Shown here piece after piece: positions 40,124 through 50,366 of a stretch of 64,000 bases of DNA. A program made the position numbers and the translations under genes. The notes beneath the pieces are model-generated. The model did not search any database. It saw nothing but the letters and a program-made list of their open reading frames with translations, and was not told the origin of the DNA. Every line of letters starts with the position of its first letter. Within the stretch, counting starts at the first letter, position 1. The stretch lies in sequence record SRR22947725_2292; one strand, written 5' to 3'.

Positions 40124-41151
40124 TACAATCGCTTACCCATAGAATCAAAAAAATGCAGCTTAGTCTCATCCACATAAAATTCCACAGTGTCGCCTACAGA
40201 AACATCCACTTTGCTTCGACATATAAAGTTTTCATCACCGATTTTCCCGTAAAAATACCACTCGGAGCCATTCATTTCCCGTTGTTCGACTAAGGCAGAG
40301 ATCATTATTGATGACTTTTTATCTAAGGACAAATCCTCGGGGCGCACACCAACTGAAGCTGTCTTATCAGGTACTTTCCCAGTAAAACAGGTTTCAAAAG
40401 TTCCACCTTTAAGGCTTTGTTCAAAAAAATTCATCGGGGGCGATCCAATAAAAGAAGCTACAAAGCGATTCAAAGGCCGATGATAAATCTCCTCTGGCGT
40501 TGCAGCTTGCAAAATTTCGCCATCTTTCATTACGGCAATTCTCGAACCTAAAGCCATGGCTTCTGTTTGGTCATGAGTCACGAAGAGCCCAGTAAAACCG
40601 CGTTCTCGGTGTAAAGCCGCAATCTCAAGGCGCAGTTGTGTCCTCAACGCTGCATCCAAGTTTGATAAAGGTTCATCAAAAAGGATGAGACTGGTACCTC
40701 TGAGTAAAGCCCTACCTAAAGCGACCCTTTGCTTTTGCCCACCGGACAATTGTGCTGGATAACGCTGCAATAGATCATCAATCTTTAAACGTTGGGCGAT
40801 ATCGCTAATCTGCGTCTTGCGTTCTTGGCTCTTGACTTTGCGAATTTTTAAACCAAAGGCCAAATTTTCAAAAATAGTTTTATGAGGGTAGAGGGCATAG
40901 TTTTGAAAAACCATCCCTAATTCACGCTTGTGAGGAAGCTCATTTGTAACGTCGCGAGTACCGACTGTAATAGTGCCACTCGTTACTTCTTCCAACCCAG
41001 CTAATAGCCTTAATGTTGTAGATTTACCACAGCCTGATGGTCCAACTAGAACAAGAAGCTCGCCCTCTGAAAGATCCAGCTCAAGTTCCTTTACAGCTTC
41101 GACACCCCCCGGATAGGTTTTACTTAATGAAGAAAGTTTTACTTCAGACAT
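40123..41151 (-). CDS. MalK/UgpC-like ABC transporter ATP-binding protein
   Basis: GPSGCGKST, MVFQNYALYPH, LSGGQKQRVALGR, DEPLSNLD and VTHDQTEAM motifs; TOBE-like tail. Confidence 0.92.
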   Translation of the reverse strand: MSEVKLSSLSKTYPGGVEAVKELELDLSEGELLVLVGPSGCGKSTTLRLLAGLEEVTSGTITVGTRDVTNELPHKRELGMVFQNYALYPHKTIFENLAFGLKIRKVKSQERKTQISDIAQRLKIDDLLQRYPAQLSGGQKQRVALGRALLRGTSLILFDEPLSNLDAALRTQLRLEIAALHRERGFTGLFVTHDQTEAMALGSRIAVMKDGEILQAATPEEIYHRPLNRFVASFIGSPPMNFFEQSLKGGTFETCFTGKVPDKTASVGVRPEDLSLDKKSSIMISALVEQREMNGSEWYFYGKIGDENFICRSKVDVSVGDTVEFYVDETKLHFFDSMGKRL

Positions 41152-41156
41152 AAGAA

Positions 41157-41837
41157 TCAGGGGGTCGTTATCACCAGATTATCAAAGAAAATATCCTGGC
41201 CAGAATAAGGAACGCCCCAAAGTGAACACTGGCCTTCATCCAAAGTGAGTTTGCCGGTATAAGTCACCTGCCAATCAGGTTCTCTATTACCTCGTTTCCA
41301 AGCTTTACCTTTGACCTGAACCTGACCATCCTGTAATTGCACTACCTGCATTCTTAGAGAAGTCCACATCGATGTTTGCCAATCAAACTTACCTCGGGCA
41401 ATTAATAGGTTTTCATTAACATACAATTCTAAGTAAGACTCTTTTAAACCAGGTCTTACATTTAATTTAAAGCCACTGAAACCATGGCTACCTATTCCAA
41501 AGTTAGGAAAAGTTCGGCCTCTAGAACTACTAAAAACATCTGCTGAAACTTCAAGACTTCTCTTATACTCCGGTCCAAAAAGTAAGCTATAAGTCCGCAA
41601 GGGAAAAGGTTGAAGGTACAAAGCTCGTGTATTCACTAATTTGCGAACTTCCCAGTTACCCTCCATAATGAAAAAGTCTTCAGGAATAGTCCTAAAATTA
41701 TCATTAAATTTAGCGGCATAAAGAGGCTTCTTGCCAGAATAACTGGTATCACCCTGATTTTGACTGTTGTTATTCTGATTATTTTGGCATGATACCAAAA
41801 AAGCTAATACAAATAATAAAGGAATATATATCTTCAT
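41157..41837 (-). CDS. Lipoprotein with beta-sandwich-like domain
   Basis: LVSC lipobox, Asn/Gln linker, GKAWKRGNREP and FDNL motifs. Confidence 0.7.
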   Translation of the reverse strand: MKIYIPLLFVLAFLVSCQNNQNNNSQNQGDTSYSGKKPLYAAKFNDNFRTIPEDFFIMEGNWEVRKLVNTRALYLQPFPLRTYSLLFGPEYKRSLEVSADVFSSSRGRTFPNFGIGSHGFSGFKLNVRPGLKESYLELYVNENLLIARGKFDWQTSMWTSLRMQVVQLQDGQVQVKGKAWKRGNREPDWQVTYTGKLTLDEGQCSLWGVPYSGQDIFFDNLVITTP

Positions 41838-41842
41838 GCAGC

Positions 41843-44800
41843 CTACTCGTTTTTTAAAATCTCTAAAAAGTTTTTCTTAAATACAATACAAACACTCGCT
41901 AAACAAGAAAGTGCCCCCACCAGTAATATTAAGCCCAATATAGTAAAAATGCGGATCATTGGCAATTCGCCACCCTGTCTAAGTAAAGGAATCCAACTAA
42001 TTAAGGCACAAACAATTCCACAAAGAACTGACCAAAGCAATAAAATGACATGTTCTGTCAATAAAATTCGCCGTAACTCCGAAAGCTTAAAACCAAGAGC
42101 TTGCAGCAACGCCAACTCACCTGTTCGGTCTTGCGCATTTCTTAAAACTAAAAAGCCAAAACCAAGAGCTCCGAGTATCAGACCTAGGCCTCCTAACATT
42201 TGAAAAATAACTAAGTAAGTCGCCTCAATTTTCAAAAAGTTCTTTAAGCGATCAACACTATCTACAGATTTATAGCCAAAATCTGTAAACTGCTCACCAA
42301 AATGTGTCCCTAAATCAAATTTATCATCTGGAGTATCCACTAAAAATAAAGAGTATCCCGACTCTGCCGGATAAAGGCGATCAAACTGAGTACGACTGAC
42401 AATCAAAGCTCCTTGTAAAATGGAGCTCTTGAGTAAACCGACTACCTTAAAGCGCACCTCACGTCCCTGTTCATCTCTAGACTGAAAAACACTGCCAATA
42501 CCTGTATAAAGCCCTAAGCCCCAGAGTACGGTATTTTCATCTCCAATGACAGGAATTGTCCCATCCTCCTGCTCTTCATCGAGTAGATCCCAAGTACCAG
42601 ACATCTTAAAACGTCCAGACATTTCAGAAGAGGATACTCCATAAATCTGTGGATTCTGAGCCCTATTAAGATTAAGGCAGCTGGCATCGTCCCCTCTATG
42701 TAGCCGCACCGAAACTATACATAATTTTGCTATTTCCTGCTCTTCGAGAAAATAGTCTTTCAGCCCTTCGGGAGAATCGGGTTTATAGCGCAATGGTACC
42801 GAGGTACTCACAAAATAATCAAACCCACCAGTTCCCGATAACTTATCTCCACGATCAAGATTAAAACTCTTTTGGCGAGCCACTGTATTTAAAACTAAAT
42901 ATGAGCCACAAGCCATTAATATAAAAGCCCCGAGAGTTCGACCCGAATGCCGTGAAATATTCCCTATAATCAAACGCCAAAAGGTCAGCTTCTGATTTCT
43001 CTCACTTAAACGCAAATAGGCTAAGAAACCATGAGTCAATAATAGAACTGCCAGCAATAATAAAAAAGAAGCAAGGGCAAACATACTGTCTGTCCCTAAA
43101 AGAACAGAGCCCAGGCCTAGCAATAAGGTCGCCAAGCCACAATAAAGAGTTAAAGGTTTAAATTGACTCCAGGGAGCTTCTTGTTTTTGGCCCTTCAAAA
43201 GATCTACTACGGGTCGAGAGGCAATTTTCTTTACCACTAACCAGACTGTCAAAGCTGCAAAAGCCATATAAGTGACCGCTGCTATAACAATCGTCTTAAA
43301 ATCAATGAACATTGAAATATCCGAAGTCCCTACGGCATCTAGCCATATTGTCGACAAAAAGTAAATGATTCTCTCAGTATAAATAAGGCCAAGTGCCAAT
43401 CCTGGGATAACAGCTAGTGAGGCCAATAACAAGCCCTCTCGAGTAAATCGCCTACGTACATCTCTCTGAGTAAAACCTGCCGCCAACATCAAACCCATTT
43501 CTGATTGACGACTCTCTAACTGGAAACCTAACAGTAATCCACTCATCAATAAGGCGGCAACAATAATGAAAAAGCTCATACTCATAAATAACATACCGAA
43601 ATCTATACCTTGAGAAGCTGCCGCTGCTGCTTGCGCCTTAATATCTATTAGATTTAGACCGCTTTTCTGAGGCCCCTCATTTTTGAGTTCCGCAAGTAAA
43701 GCTTCTTTGGTGTATTTTATCGGCCAACGCAGGGAAGTCGTCTGGCCAAAACGATTCCCCCAAAGCTCGCGCGCTTCTTCATAAGAAATGATTAATTTAG
43801 GGGTCCCTTTGTATTCATCCCAATAATCCTCATCCTTATCACGAATCTTAGTCATATCCATAGGAATGCCCGGTTCCCAATCGCGGCAATGCTCCTCTTC
43901 AGCAATACCAGGATAAGAAGGCATCAGTAGCCGATCAAGCTTTTCCGTTTGCACAATAGCTTTAACAGTAAATTCGCGGCTATCTTCACGAAGCTTTCCA
44001 TCGGCATTATCGACATAATACTTTATTTGGACTCGTGAGCCCACCTTCGCTTGCAAGTCATCTGCAGTCCAAGTATTTAAAATAACTTCTCCTGGCTTGA
44101 TCTCTGGCAGATGCTGGTAAATATCTCCTACCCTGATATCGAAGCTCAAGCCACTGACAATCGAATAAGGTATGGTCTTCTGCTCATGCGAGATTTCATT
44201 CGCCATATAGGTCAAGACTCTGGTTGCTTCTGTAGACTCCACTATCTCTTCTGGCAGAAAAACTCGACTACTCATAAGCTCAAGTGCACTGCCATTATCC
44301 GCTTCGCGAATAAACATGCTGCTATCTTCTGGGCCCCAGTGTTGGGCTAAAGTCTGCTGAAGCTTCTCCAAGGAACTCTCCTTAAAGAAAACTTCATTGA
44401 CCAGACCGGCCATATTCGTTTCTTTTTGTAAACTCTGCAGATTTACAAAAACTGATGGAGTCGGCAACTGGCCAGCGAGTAAAGAAAAATGACCAAGTTG
44501 ACTTTCTTTCCCTAAGATCCTTGCCTTCAAACGCAAGGCGATGTGTTCATCGCTACTCCCAGTCAAAGGTAAGTCCCCTGGCAGTAAACTGTGATTTCGA
44601 ACTCTTAAAACGAAATCATCTCCATCTTCTATCTGCAGTTGTTCTGCAAGAGTAAAATTTATAAAGGCTTCATCACTTTTAATCTTTTGAGGTGAATCAG
44701 AGAAAAAACGACTGAACTGTGGGGTTATACCATTGACGAAAACATCAGTAACCGCTTGTTCCTCATAGACCGCCGCGCCCAGCATCATTAATACAGGAGC

Positions 44801-45046
44801 AGACTCAATCCCCTGCTGCGAAAATTCATCAGCTAAGCGCTGACTCATTGGATTCAAACGCCCATCGAGCATAAACTCAACTTCACCTAAGCGCTTAGAA
44901 GCCATTTCCTGTAAACTGAAACGTACCGAAGTTCCTACAGATAAAGCTCCGCTCAGGATGGCCATTGCCAACAATAAGCCTGCAAAAGTCCAGATATACT
45001 TTTGCCGATAAAAAATTAAACTCTTGGTTAAAAGAGCAAGCATCAA
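41843..45046 (-). CDS. Large ABC permease (duplicated FtsX/MacB-like)
   Basis: Two FtsX-like repeats (RQSEMGLMLAAGF and RTGELALLQALGF) with large periplasmic loops. Confidence 0.85.
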   Translation of the reverse strand: MMLALLTKSLIFYRQKYIWTFAGLLLAMAILSGALSVGTSVRFSLQEMASKRLGEVEFMLDGRLNPMSQRLADEFSQQGIESAPVLMMLGAAVYEEQAVTDVFVNGITPQFSRFFSDSPQKIKSDEAFINFTLAEQLQIEDGDDFVLRVRNHSLLPGDLPLTGSSDEHIALRLKARILGKESQLGHFSLLAGQLPTPSVFVNLQSLQKETNMAGLVNEVFFKESSLEKLQQTLAQHWGPEDSSMFIREADNGSALELMSSRVFLPEEIVESTEATRVLTYMANEISHEQKTIPYSIVSGLSFDIRVGDIYQHLPEIKPGEVILNTWTADDLQAKVGSRVQIKYYVDNADGKLREDSREFTVKAIVQTEKLDRLLMPSYPGIAEEEHCRDWEPGIPMDMTKIRDKDEDYWDEYKGTPKLIISYEEARELWGNRFGQTTSLRWPIKYTKEALLAELKNEGPQKSGLNLIDIKAQAAAAASQGIDFGMLFMSMSFFIIVAALLMSGLLLGFQLESRQSEMGLMLAAGFTQRDVRRRFTREGLLLASLAVIPGLALGLIYTERIIYFLSTIWLDAVGTSDISMFIDFKTIVIAAVTYMAFAALTVWLVVKKIASRPVVDLLKGQKQEAPWSQFKPLTLYCGLATLLLGLGSVLLGTDSMFALASFLLLLAVLLLTHGFLAYLRLSERNQKLTFWRLIIGNISRHSGRTLGAFILMACGSYLVLNTVARQKSFNLDRGDKLSGTGGFDYFVSTSVPLRYKPDSPEGLKDYFLEEQEIAKLCIVSVRLHRGDDASCLNLNRAQNPQIYGVSSSEMSGRFKMSGTWDLLDEEQEDGTIPVIGDENTVLWGLGLYTGIGSVFQSRDEQGREVRFKVVGLLKSSILQGALIVSRTQFDRLYPAESGYSLFLVDTPDDKFDLGTHFGEQFTDFGYKSVDSVDRLKNFLKIEATYLVIFQMLGGLGLILGALGFGFLVLRNAQDRTGELALLQALGFKLSELRRILLTEHVILLLWSVLCGIVCALISWIPLLRQGGELPMIRIFTILGLILLVGALSCLASVCIVFKKNFLEILKNE

Positions 45047-45720
45047 ACTAACTCCAACTGCCCATCAACTAAGTGATAAACCTTCTTCATTGAGGCGGCA
45101 AAGTCCTTAGAGTGAGTCACTGAAATCACCGTCAAATCCTCAGTTTCGTTTAATTCTTGCAAAAGTTCTGATAAGCGAGCCGATGACTTCTCATCTAAAG
45201 CACCCGTCGGTTCATCTGCCAGTAACAATAAAGGGGAGTTTATAAGAGCACGACAAAGAGCAACACGCTGGCATTCACCACCAGACAGATGACCCGGACG
45301 ATGAAAACGACGATCGACTAGGCCAACCTTTTCAAACAAATTCTCTGCACGAGATCGGGCGTTATCACATTTTGTTTTTAAGGTCGGTAGTAAAACATTT
45401 TCCATGGCGGTTAATTGAGGCAAGAGATGATGATTTTGAAAAACAAAGCCTATTTTATGAGCGCGAATCGACGCACATTCATCAGCAGATTTTACGGAAA
45501 TTTCTTCGCCCGCCAAATATAGCTTACCGGAATCACAAAAGTCCAAGGTTCCGGCTATATTGAGTAAAGTACTCTTGCCGCACCCCGAAGGCCCCATAAT
45601 CGCCAATGTATCGCCTGTCGTAACCGATAAGTCAATGGCCTTTAATACATCCAAACAAGACTCATCTCCCAGTTGATAAGCTTTAGAAATTTTTTCCAGT
45701 TTTAAAATATCGCGACTCAT
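45043..45720 (-). CDS. LolD-like ABC transporter ATP-binding protein
   Basis: GPSGCGKST, IGFVFQNHHLL, LSGGECQRVA and LADEPTGALD motifs. Confidence 0.92.
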   Translation of the reverse strand: MSRDILKLEKISKAYQLGDESCLDVLKAIDLSVTTGDTLAIMGPSGCGKSTLLNIAGTLDFCDSGKLYLAGEEISVKSADECASIRAHKIGFVFQNHHLLPQLTAMENVLLPTLKTKCDNARSRAENLFEKVGLVDRRFHRPGHLSGGECQRVALCRALINSPLLLLADEPTGALDEKSSARLSELLQELNETEDLTVISVTHSKDFAASMKKVYHLVDGQLELV

Positions 45721-45971
45721 GCCTTTCCCAATCGATCTCTTATTGTTGATCGTATACTACTGCCAAAGCCGTCAGCTTGCTAGGCTCGAAATCTCTCAAG
45801 GATAAAATCAGGACAAGTTTTTATAAAGTCACATATATCGACACTCCTTGATGGTTTTACGACAACATACAAAATAAATTCACTTTTTTTATAGTTATTA
45901 CCATTTCCAAAATAGCTTGCATGGATTATGCGATTCCCAATGAACGGGTATAAATTTTATTAGGTGAGAAT

Positions 45972-46787
45972 ATGTCAAAAGTTTTATTTGTTGATGATCA
46001 GGTCAATATTCTCAAAGCCTTGCGCCGGACAGTTGAAGATGAACCCATAGAAATCTTTACAGCTGAATCCGGCAAAGAAGGCCTTGAGCTTATGAAAGAA
46101 CATGAATTCGACGTTGTTTTTAGTGACGTCCGCATGCCGGAGATGGATGGTATCGAATTCTTATCAAAATCTCGTGAAGTCGCGCCCAACAGCGTCCGCA
46201 TAGTCTTATCTGCTTTTGCTGATCGTGAGCAGGTCCTCAATGCTGTCAATAAAGGCTTTATTTGGAATTATCAGGTTAAACCCTGGGAAGACGAAGACCT
46301 CATCTTAACCTTGCGCAATGCCAAATCATTTTTTGATCAACAGCTAGAGAACTCGCGCTTGGCAGAAGAACTGCAAAAAAGCTACCAGCAGCTCGAAGAC
46401 TTCAATAATGAGTTAGAAATTCGCGTTTGGGAAAGAACTAAAGAATTGGTCATGCGTGAAGAGGCCCTCAAAATGTTGCTCGATAATAAGGGTATGGATG
46501 CCATTCGCGAAAAAATACAAAACGATTTACAAACTCTAACCGATACTACAGACGTTTCCCTTAGCCTGACCCCACTCACCGATGATTCTTATGAAGTCAT
46601 TGAACTTTGGCGTCAAAGTGTCTGCCAAGGGTATGTTGCCGTAAAGAATTTTGAAGGAAACGCTAAGGACAAGATTCAAGGATACCTACCGATTGTTGAA
46701 ATGTTTATGACCATGTGGAAAGTCATGGCTAAAAAAGAGACAATCATGGGTAATATAGATGTTCTACTGAAGTCATTGGAAGACTAA
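45972..46787 (+). CDS. Response regulator (REC + coiled coil, no recognisable DNA-binding output)
   Basis: VLFVDD, SDVRMPEMDG and KPW motifs. Confidence 0.88.
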   Translation: MSKVLFVDDQVNILKALRRTVEDEPIEIFTAESGKEGLELMKEHEFDVVFSDVRMPEMDGIEFLSKSREVAPNSVRIVLSAFADREQVLNAVNKGFIWNYQVKPWEDEDLILTLRNAKSFFDQQLENSRLAEELQKSYQQLEDFNNELEIRVWERTKELVMREEALKMLLDNKGMDAIREKIQNDLQTLTDTTDVSLSLTPLTDDSYEVIELWRQSVCQGYVAVKNFEGNAKDKIQGYLPIVEMFMTMWKVMAKKETIMGNIDVLLKSLED

Positions 46788-46788
46788 A

Positions 46789-48000
46789 TTGGCCACTAAA
46801 GAAAAATATAATATTTCTTTTGCAATTAAAGAAGTGCAAGAACGACTCAAAGCCTTTATTGAAGGTCACGAGCACGGTCAGATATGCGCTTATCATGAGG
46901 TTAAGAAAAAAGAACCTTTAGTGATCATTACCGTTGAGAGAGGCGAAAAAGAACAAGCTGAAATTGATCAGAAGCTTGCTGAAGATCCTGAGTTCATTAA
47001 GGAAGTGACTATACCTAAGTTTTTCAACTCCAGTGAAAATATCACACTTGTCCAAAAAAGTGATAAAGAATTTATTTACCTTGCAGACGAAAAAGGTCTT
47101 GTACGCTTTAGTCCCGAAAACCTTGAGCTCCATGAAGGAACTCCGACTCTCAAAGAAGATATAGGCGCCATTACCGGAGATATCACCTATAGCGGCAACC
47201 TTATCTGCCAAGGCCATATTCTAAACAGTACCAAAGTGACTGTCGAAGGAAACCTCACTATTTGTAAAAGCGTCGAAGATCACGTCCGCATCAAGTGTCA
47301 AGGAGAGCTTGAGATTGGTTGGGGAGCGACTGGAAAAAATACCGTTATCCACTGCAAAAAAGATTGTAACATAGGCTTTATTGAAAAATGCCTTTTGGTT
47401 TGTGAAGGCCAAGTCGAAATCAAAACTCACCTCTACATGGCGAAAATATTCTGCCGAAATCATGTCAAGGTTATGGGTGTCGGCGTCACCTCTAAAAAGA
47501 GAGGTGCCGTTGTTGGCGGGATTATAAATGCTCTCAACTCTATTCACTTAAAATCTGCTGGCGCTGAAGGAACTCCGACAAAGCTTATTGCGGGTATAGA
47601 CCTACGTATAAAAACTCAACTCAATGAAGCTAATGATCTCCTTGCTGCCATGGAGAGAAAAATTCTCAATGCCCAAAAAGAAATTGAAGTTTTTGTTTCA
47701 GCCGCAGGTAATGCAGAAAATCTTGGAAAGATGAATGCCCGTGCAAAAACTGAGATCCGCCAACAACTACTCGCCTTAAAAGCCGAACAAGGCACACACC
47801 AAAATCTACTAGAAAAGATCAAAAAACTTGAAGCCATGCTGTATACCAAAGACTTAAAAAACAGCTATATAAGCTTTCAAGATTTTATGGACCCTATAAT
47901 CCACATGCAGATAAAAGAAGACGAGGAAACATATAAAGCCCGCATACCCGGTATGAGTCGTTTTAAAGTTGTTGACGATAAAATCACTAAGGTACTCTAA
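46789..48000 (+). CDS. FapA/DUF342-like protein
   Basis: EDIGAITGDITYSGNLICQGHI, beta-helix-like repeats, AVVGG...GTPTKLIAG and a coiled coil; TTG start. Confidence 0.72.
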   Translation: MATKEKYNISFAIKEVQERLKAFIEGHEHGQICAYHEVKKKEPLVIITVERGEKEQAEIDQKLAEDPEFIKEVTIPKFFNSSENITLVQKSDKEFIYLADEKGLVRFSPENLELHEGTPTLKEDIGAITGDITYSGNLICQGHILNSTKVTVEGNLTICKSVEDHVRIKCQGELEIGWGATGKNTVIHCKKDCNIGFIEKCLLVCEGQVEIKTHLYMAKIFCRNHVKVMGVGVTSKKRGAVVGGIINALNSIHLKSAGAEGTPTKLIAGIDLRIKTQLNEANDLLAAMERKILNAQKEIEVFVSAAGNAENLGKMNARAKTEIRQQLLALKAEQGTHQNLLEKIKKLEAMLYTKDLKNSYISFQDFMDPIIHMQIKEDEETYKARIPGMSRFKVVDDKITKVL

Positions 48001-48710
48001 TGACTCCTCAAGACGTAGACCGACAAAAGCTTGAAGTCCTCGGGCAAATGACGGCTGCAATCCTACATGACCTTCAGTCGCCTATTGCCTATATAGATAG
48101 CAATAACCGTCATTTACTAAAAAAAGTCAACAAACAATTAGCAGAGCATTCAGCGCAAGATTCTATAAGAGAAGTCCTCGAAGAGAACGAGACAGGTTTA
48201 GAACAAGTCAAAAGTCTCTTGGAGAGCATAAAAACCTTTATCAAAAAAGATCCAAAAAAGAAACTCTGCTTTCTCCAAGACATTATAAAAACCTCTCTAA
48301 AGATCACCCTCCCTCAAGCACGGGGTAAAGTTGAAATCGATTTTCAAAAGCAAGATATAGATGATTCTATAGAAGCCATGCCCAGTCAAATTTCGCAGGT
48401 CCTGATTAATTTAATTATCAATGCCATAGAAGCCTTTCAACAAGAAGCCTCTAAAGCAAAAATCACCATACAACTAGCACATTCTGAAAAAGATATCATT
48501 CTGATGGTTAATGATAATGCTGGAGGTATATCTACCGATAAAATAGATAGTATATTTGACTGGTATGTTACCCACAAAGCTACTGGAACTGGCCAAGGAC
48601 TGGCCATTTGTAAACAAATTATCGAAGAGCACTCAGGCTCCATTTCTTGTGCAAGTACAGAAGGACAGGGAAGTCAATTCACCATCTCATTACCTAGAGC
48701 TCAATTGTGA
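48000..48710 (+). CDS. Sensor-less histidine kinase (HisKA + HATPase)
   Basis: LGQMTAAILHDLQSP, QVLINLIINAIEA, DNAGGI and GTGQGL motifs; no sensory domain. Confidence 0.85.
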   Translation: MTPQDVDRQKLEVLGQMTAAILHDLQSPIAYIDSNNRHLLKKVNKQLAEHSAQDSIREVLEENETGLEQVKSLLESIKTFIKKDPKKKLCFLQDIIKTSLKITLPQARGKVEIDFQKQDIDDSIEAMPSQISQVLINLIINAIEAFQQEASKAKITIQLAHSEKDIILMVNDNAGGISTDKIDSIFDWYVTHKATGTGQGLAICKQIIEEHSGSISCASTEGQGSQFTISLPRAQL

Positions 48711-49864
48711 ATACTGTCCTTATTATTGACGATCAAAACTCAGTCAGAAAACTACTGAGAGTTATTTTGGAGCGCCGAGAATACCGAGTCTTTGATGCAG
48801 CTGATTCTCAAACTGGCTTAGAAATATTACTTAAGGAAGAAGTTGACCTTATTATTCTTGATGTCATGCTCAAAAATGAGCTCGGCTATGATGTCTGTAA
48901 AAAATACAAAGAAATTGATCAAATAAATCATATACCAATTATATTCTTAACTGCGAGTGAAGCCAGTAATGCTTTAAAAGATGCCTATGAGGCCGGAGGC
49001 GTTGACTTCATCCAAAAACCAGTAGAGAGCGGTTCTCTACTCATGAGAATTAAGAGTCACTTTGCTCAAATCGAAGCACGACGCAAAGTTCAACAACAAC
49101 ATGAAGAACTCAAGGCCTATCAAGCTCGAATTGTCCAAGAAGAGAAGGTCGCCGCCGTCTCCCGTATGGTTGGCGGGCTTTCACACGAACTGAATAACCC
49201 ATTGGCCTGTATAAAGAGTAATTTTAATGGTCTCAAAAAATACTTAGATCGCATTACTAATGAACTAGAATCTTTGCCAGAAGAATCCAAGGGCGCTCTC
49301 AAACAATGTCAAAAAAGTCTCACTAATTGTCTCGATATTGTCGAAGAATCTGCAGAAGAATTTAAGCAATTAAGACTCATCACAGATCGATTGGTCAAAC
49401 TTGATTTACCCAGTCATGAAGAACAGGCTTATAGCCTTAATGAGGCCATTAATAATGCGATCACACTTAATGCAAATGACCTAAAAAACTACCAAGTAGA
49501 ACTGAACCTTAGTGAAATTCCCGATATCGTCTGCCATCCCGCGGGAATAACTGAATCGATCAATGGCCTTTTAAGTAATGCGATCCTAGCGCTCTCCAAT
49601 CACGAATCACCAAAAATCACCATCTCCACCAAAAAAGAGGCTGACAATATAGTCGTCGCAATTAGTGATAATGGTTGTGGAATCGCAGAAGATATTCTTC
49701 CTAAAATTTGGGACCCTTTTTTTACTACTAGAGATGTCGGTGAAGGTGCTGGCCTCGGCTTATCTAGTATAAAGCAATTCATTTTATTGATGAATGGCAC
49801 GACCTCCGTAACCAGTCAGCTAGGAGAAGGGAGTACTTTCAAACTCCTATTTCCTCATAAATGA
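48707..49864 (+). CDS. Hybrid REC-histidine kinase
   Basis: N-terminal REC (LIIDD, LDVML, FIQKP); [20 protein letters not shown] and GAGLGL motifs. Confidence 0.9.
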   Translation: MNTVLIIDDQNSVRKLLRVILERREYRVFDAADSQTGLEILLKEEVDLIILDVMLKNELGYDVCKKYKEIDQINHIPIIFLTASEASNALKDAYEAGGVDFIQKPVESGSLLMRIKSHFAQIEARRKVQQQHEELKAYQARIVQEEKVAAVSRMVGGLSHELNNPLACIKSNFNGLKKYLDRITNELESLPEESKGALKQCQKSLTNCLDIVEESAEEFKQLRLITDRLVKLDLPSHEEQAYSLNEAINNAITLNANDLKNYQVELNLSEIPDIVCHPAGITESINGLLSNAILALSNHESPKITISTKKEADNIVVAISDNGCGIAEDILPKIWDPFFTTRDVGEGAGLGLSSIKQFILLMNGTTSVTSQLGEGSTFKLLFPHK

Positions 49865-49882
49865 TTCTAATGACTACCTGAA

Positions 49883-49898
49883 TTATCATTAATGATAA
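49883..49898. promoter_or_regulatory. Perfect 16-bp palindrome, possible operator
   Basis: TTATCATTAATGATAA. Confidence 0.35.
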
Positions 49899-50029
49899 AA
49901 TTATTCCCTGCAATATCGCAACTGACAATATATATAAAGAACTTATAAATAACAACTTATAAAAATAACAGGAAATGTGGGAAAGTTTCATGCTCCTTAA
50001 GAGTCAAATGACTTAGCTGGAGATAGCAC

Positions 50030-50287
50030 ATGAATTACACTCTCGAAATTGGAGACAATATCCTAATCACCACTCTTGATGAAAAGACCTACCAAGCCAA
50101 ACTCATAGATAACACCTCTACAGAACTGTTTATCAATCTAGTTAGTTTTGGGAAAATAAGCCTTAATTGGGATACCGTCAGTACCGTCCATAAAATTATT
50201 GAGCCCATACGAAAAAAAAGGTCTTTCAGTCCCCGCTACAAAGTCCTTGTCTGGCATTGTGACACTTCTGAATTACAAGCCAGTTAA
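50030..50287 (+). CDS. Small hypothetical beta-rich protein
   Basis: GGAG RBS; 85 aa; followed by hairpins. Confidence 0.65.
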   Translation: MNYTLEIGDNILITTLDEKTYQAKLIDNTSTELFINLVSFGKISLNWDTVSTVHKIIEPIRKKRSFSPRYKVLVWHCDTSELQAS

Positions 50288-50336
50288 CATATGGTAAACA
50301 GGAGCAAAACCCCTCCTGTAGCCCTTTTTGTACTCC

Positions 50337-50366
50337 AAAAGCAGTAGTCTCTTGACTGCTGCTTTT
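50337..50366. terminator. Bidirectional rho-independent terminator
   Basis: AAAAGCAGTAGTC-TCTT-GACTGCTGCTTTT. Confidence 0.7.
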
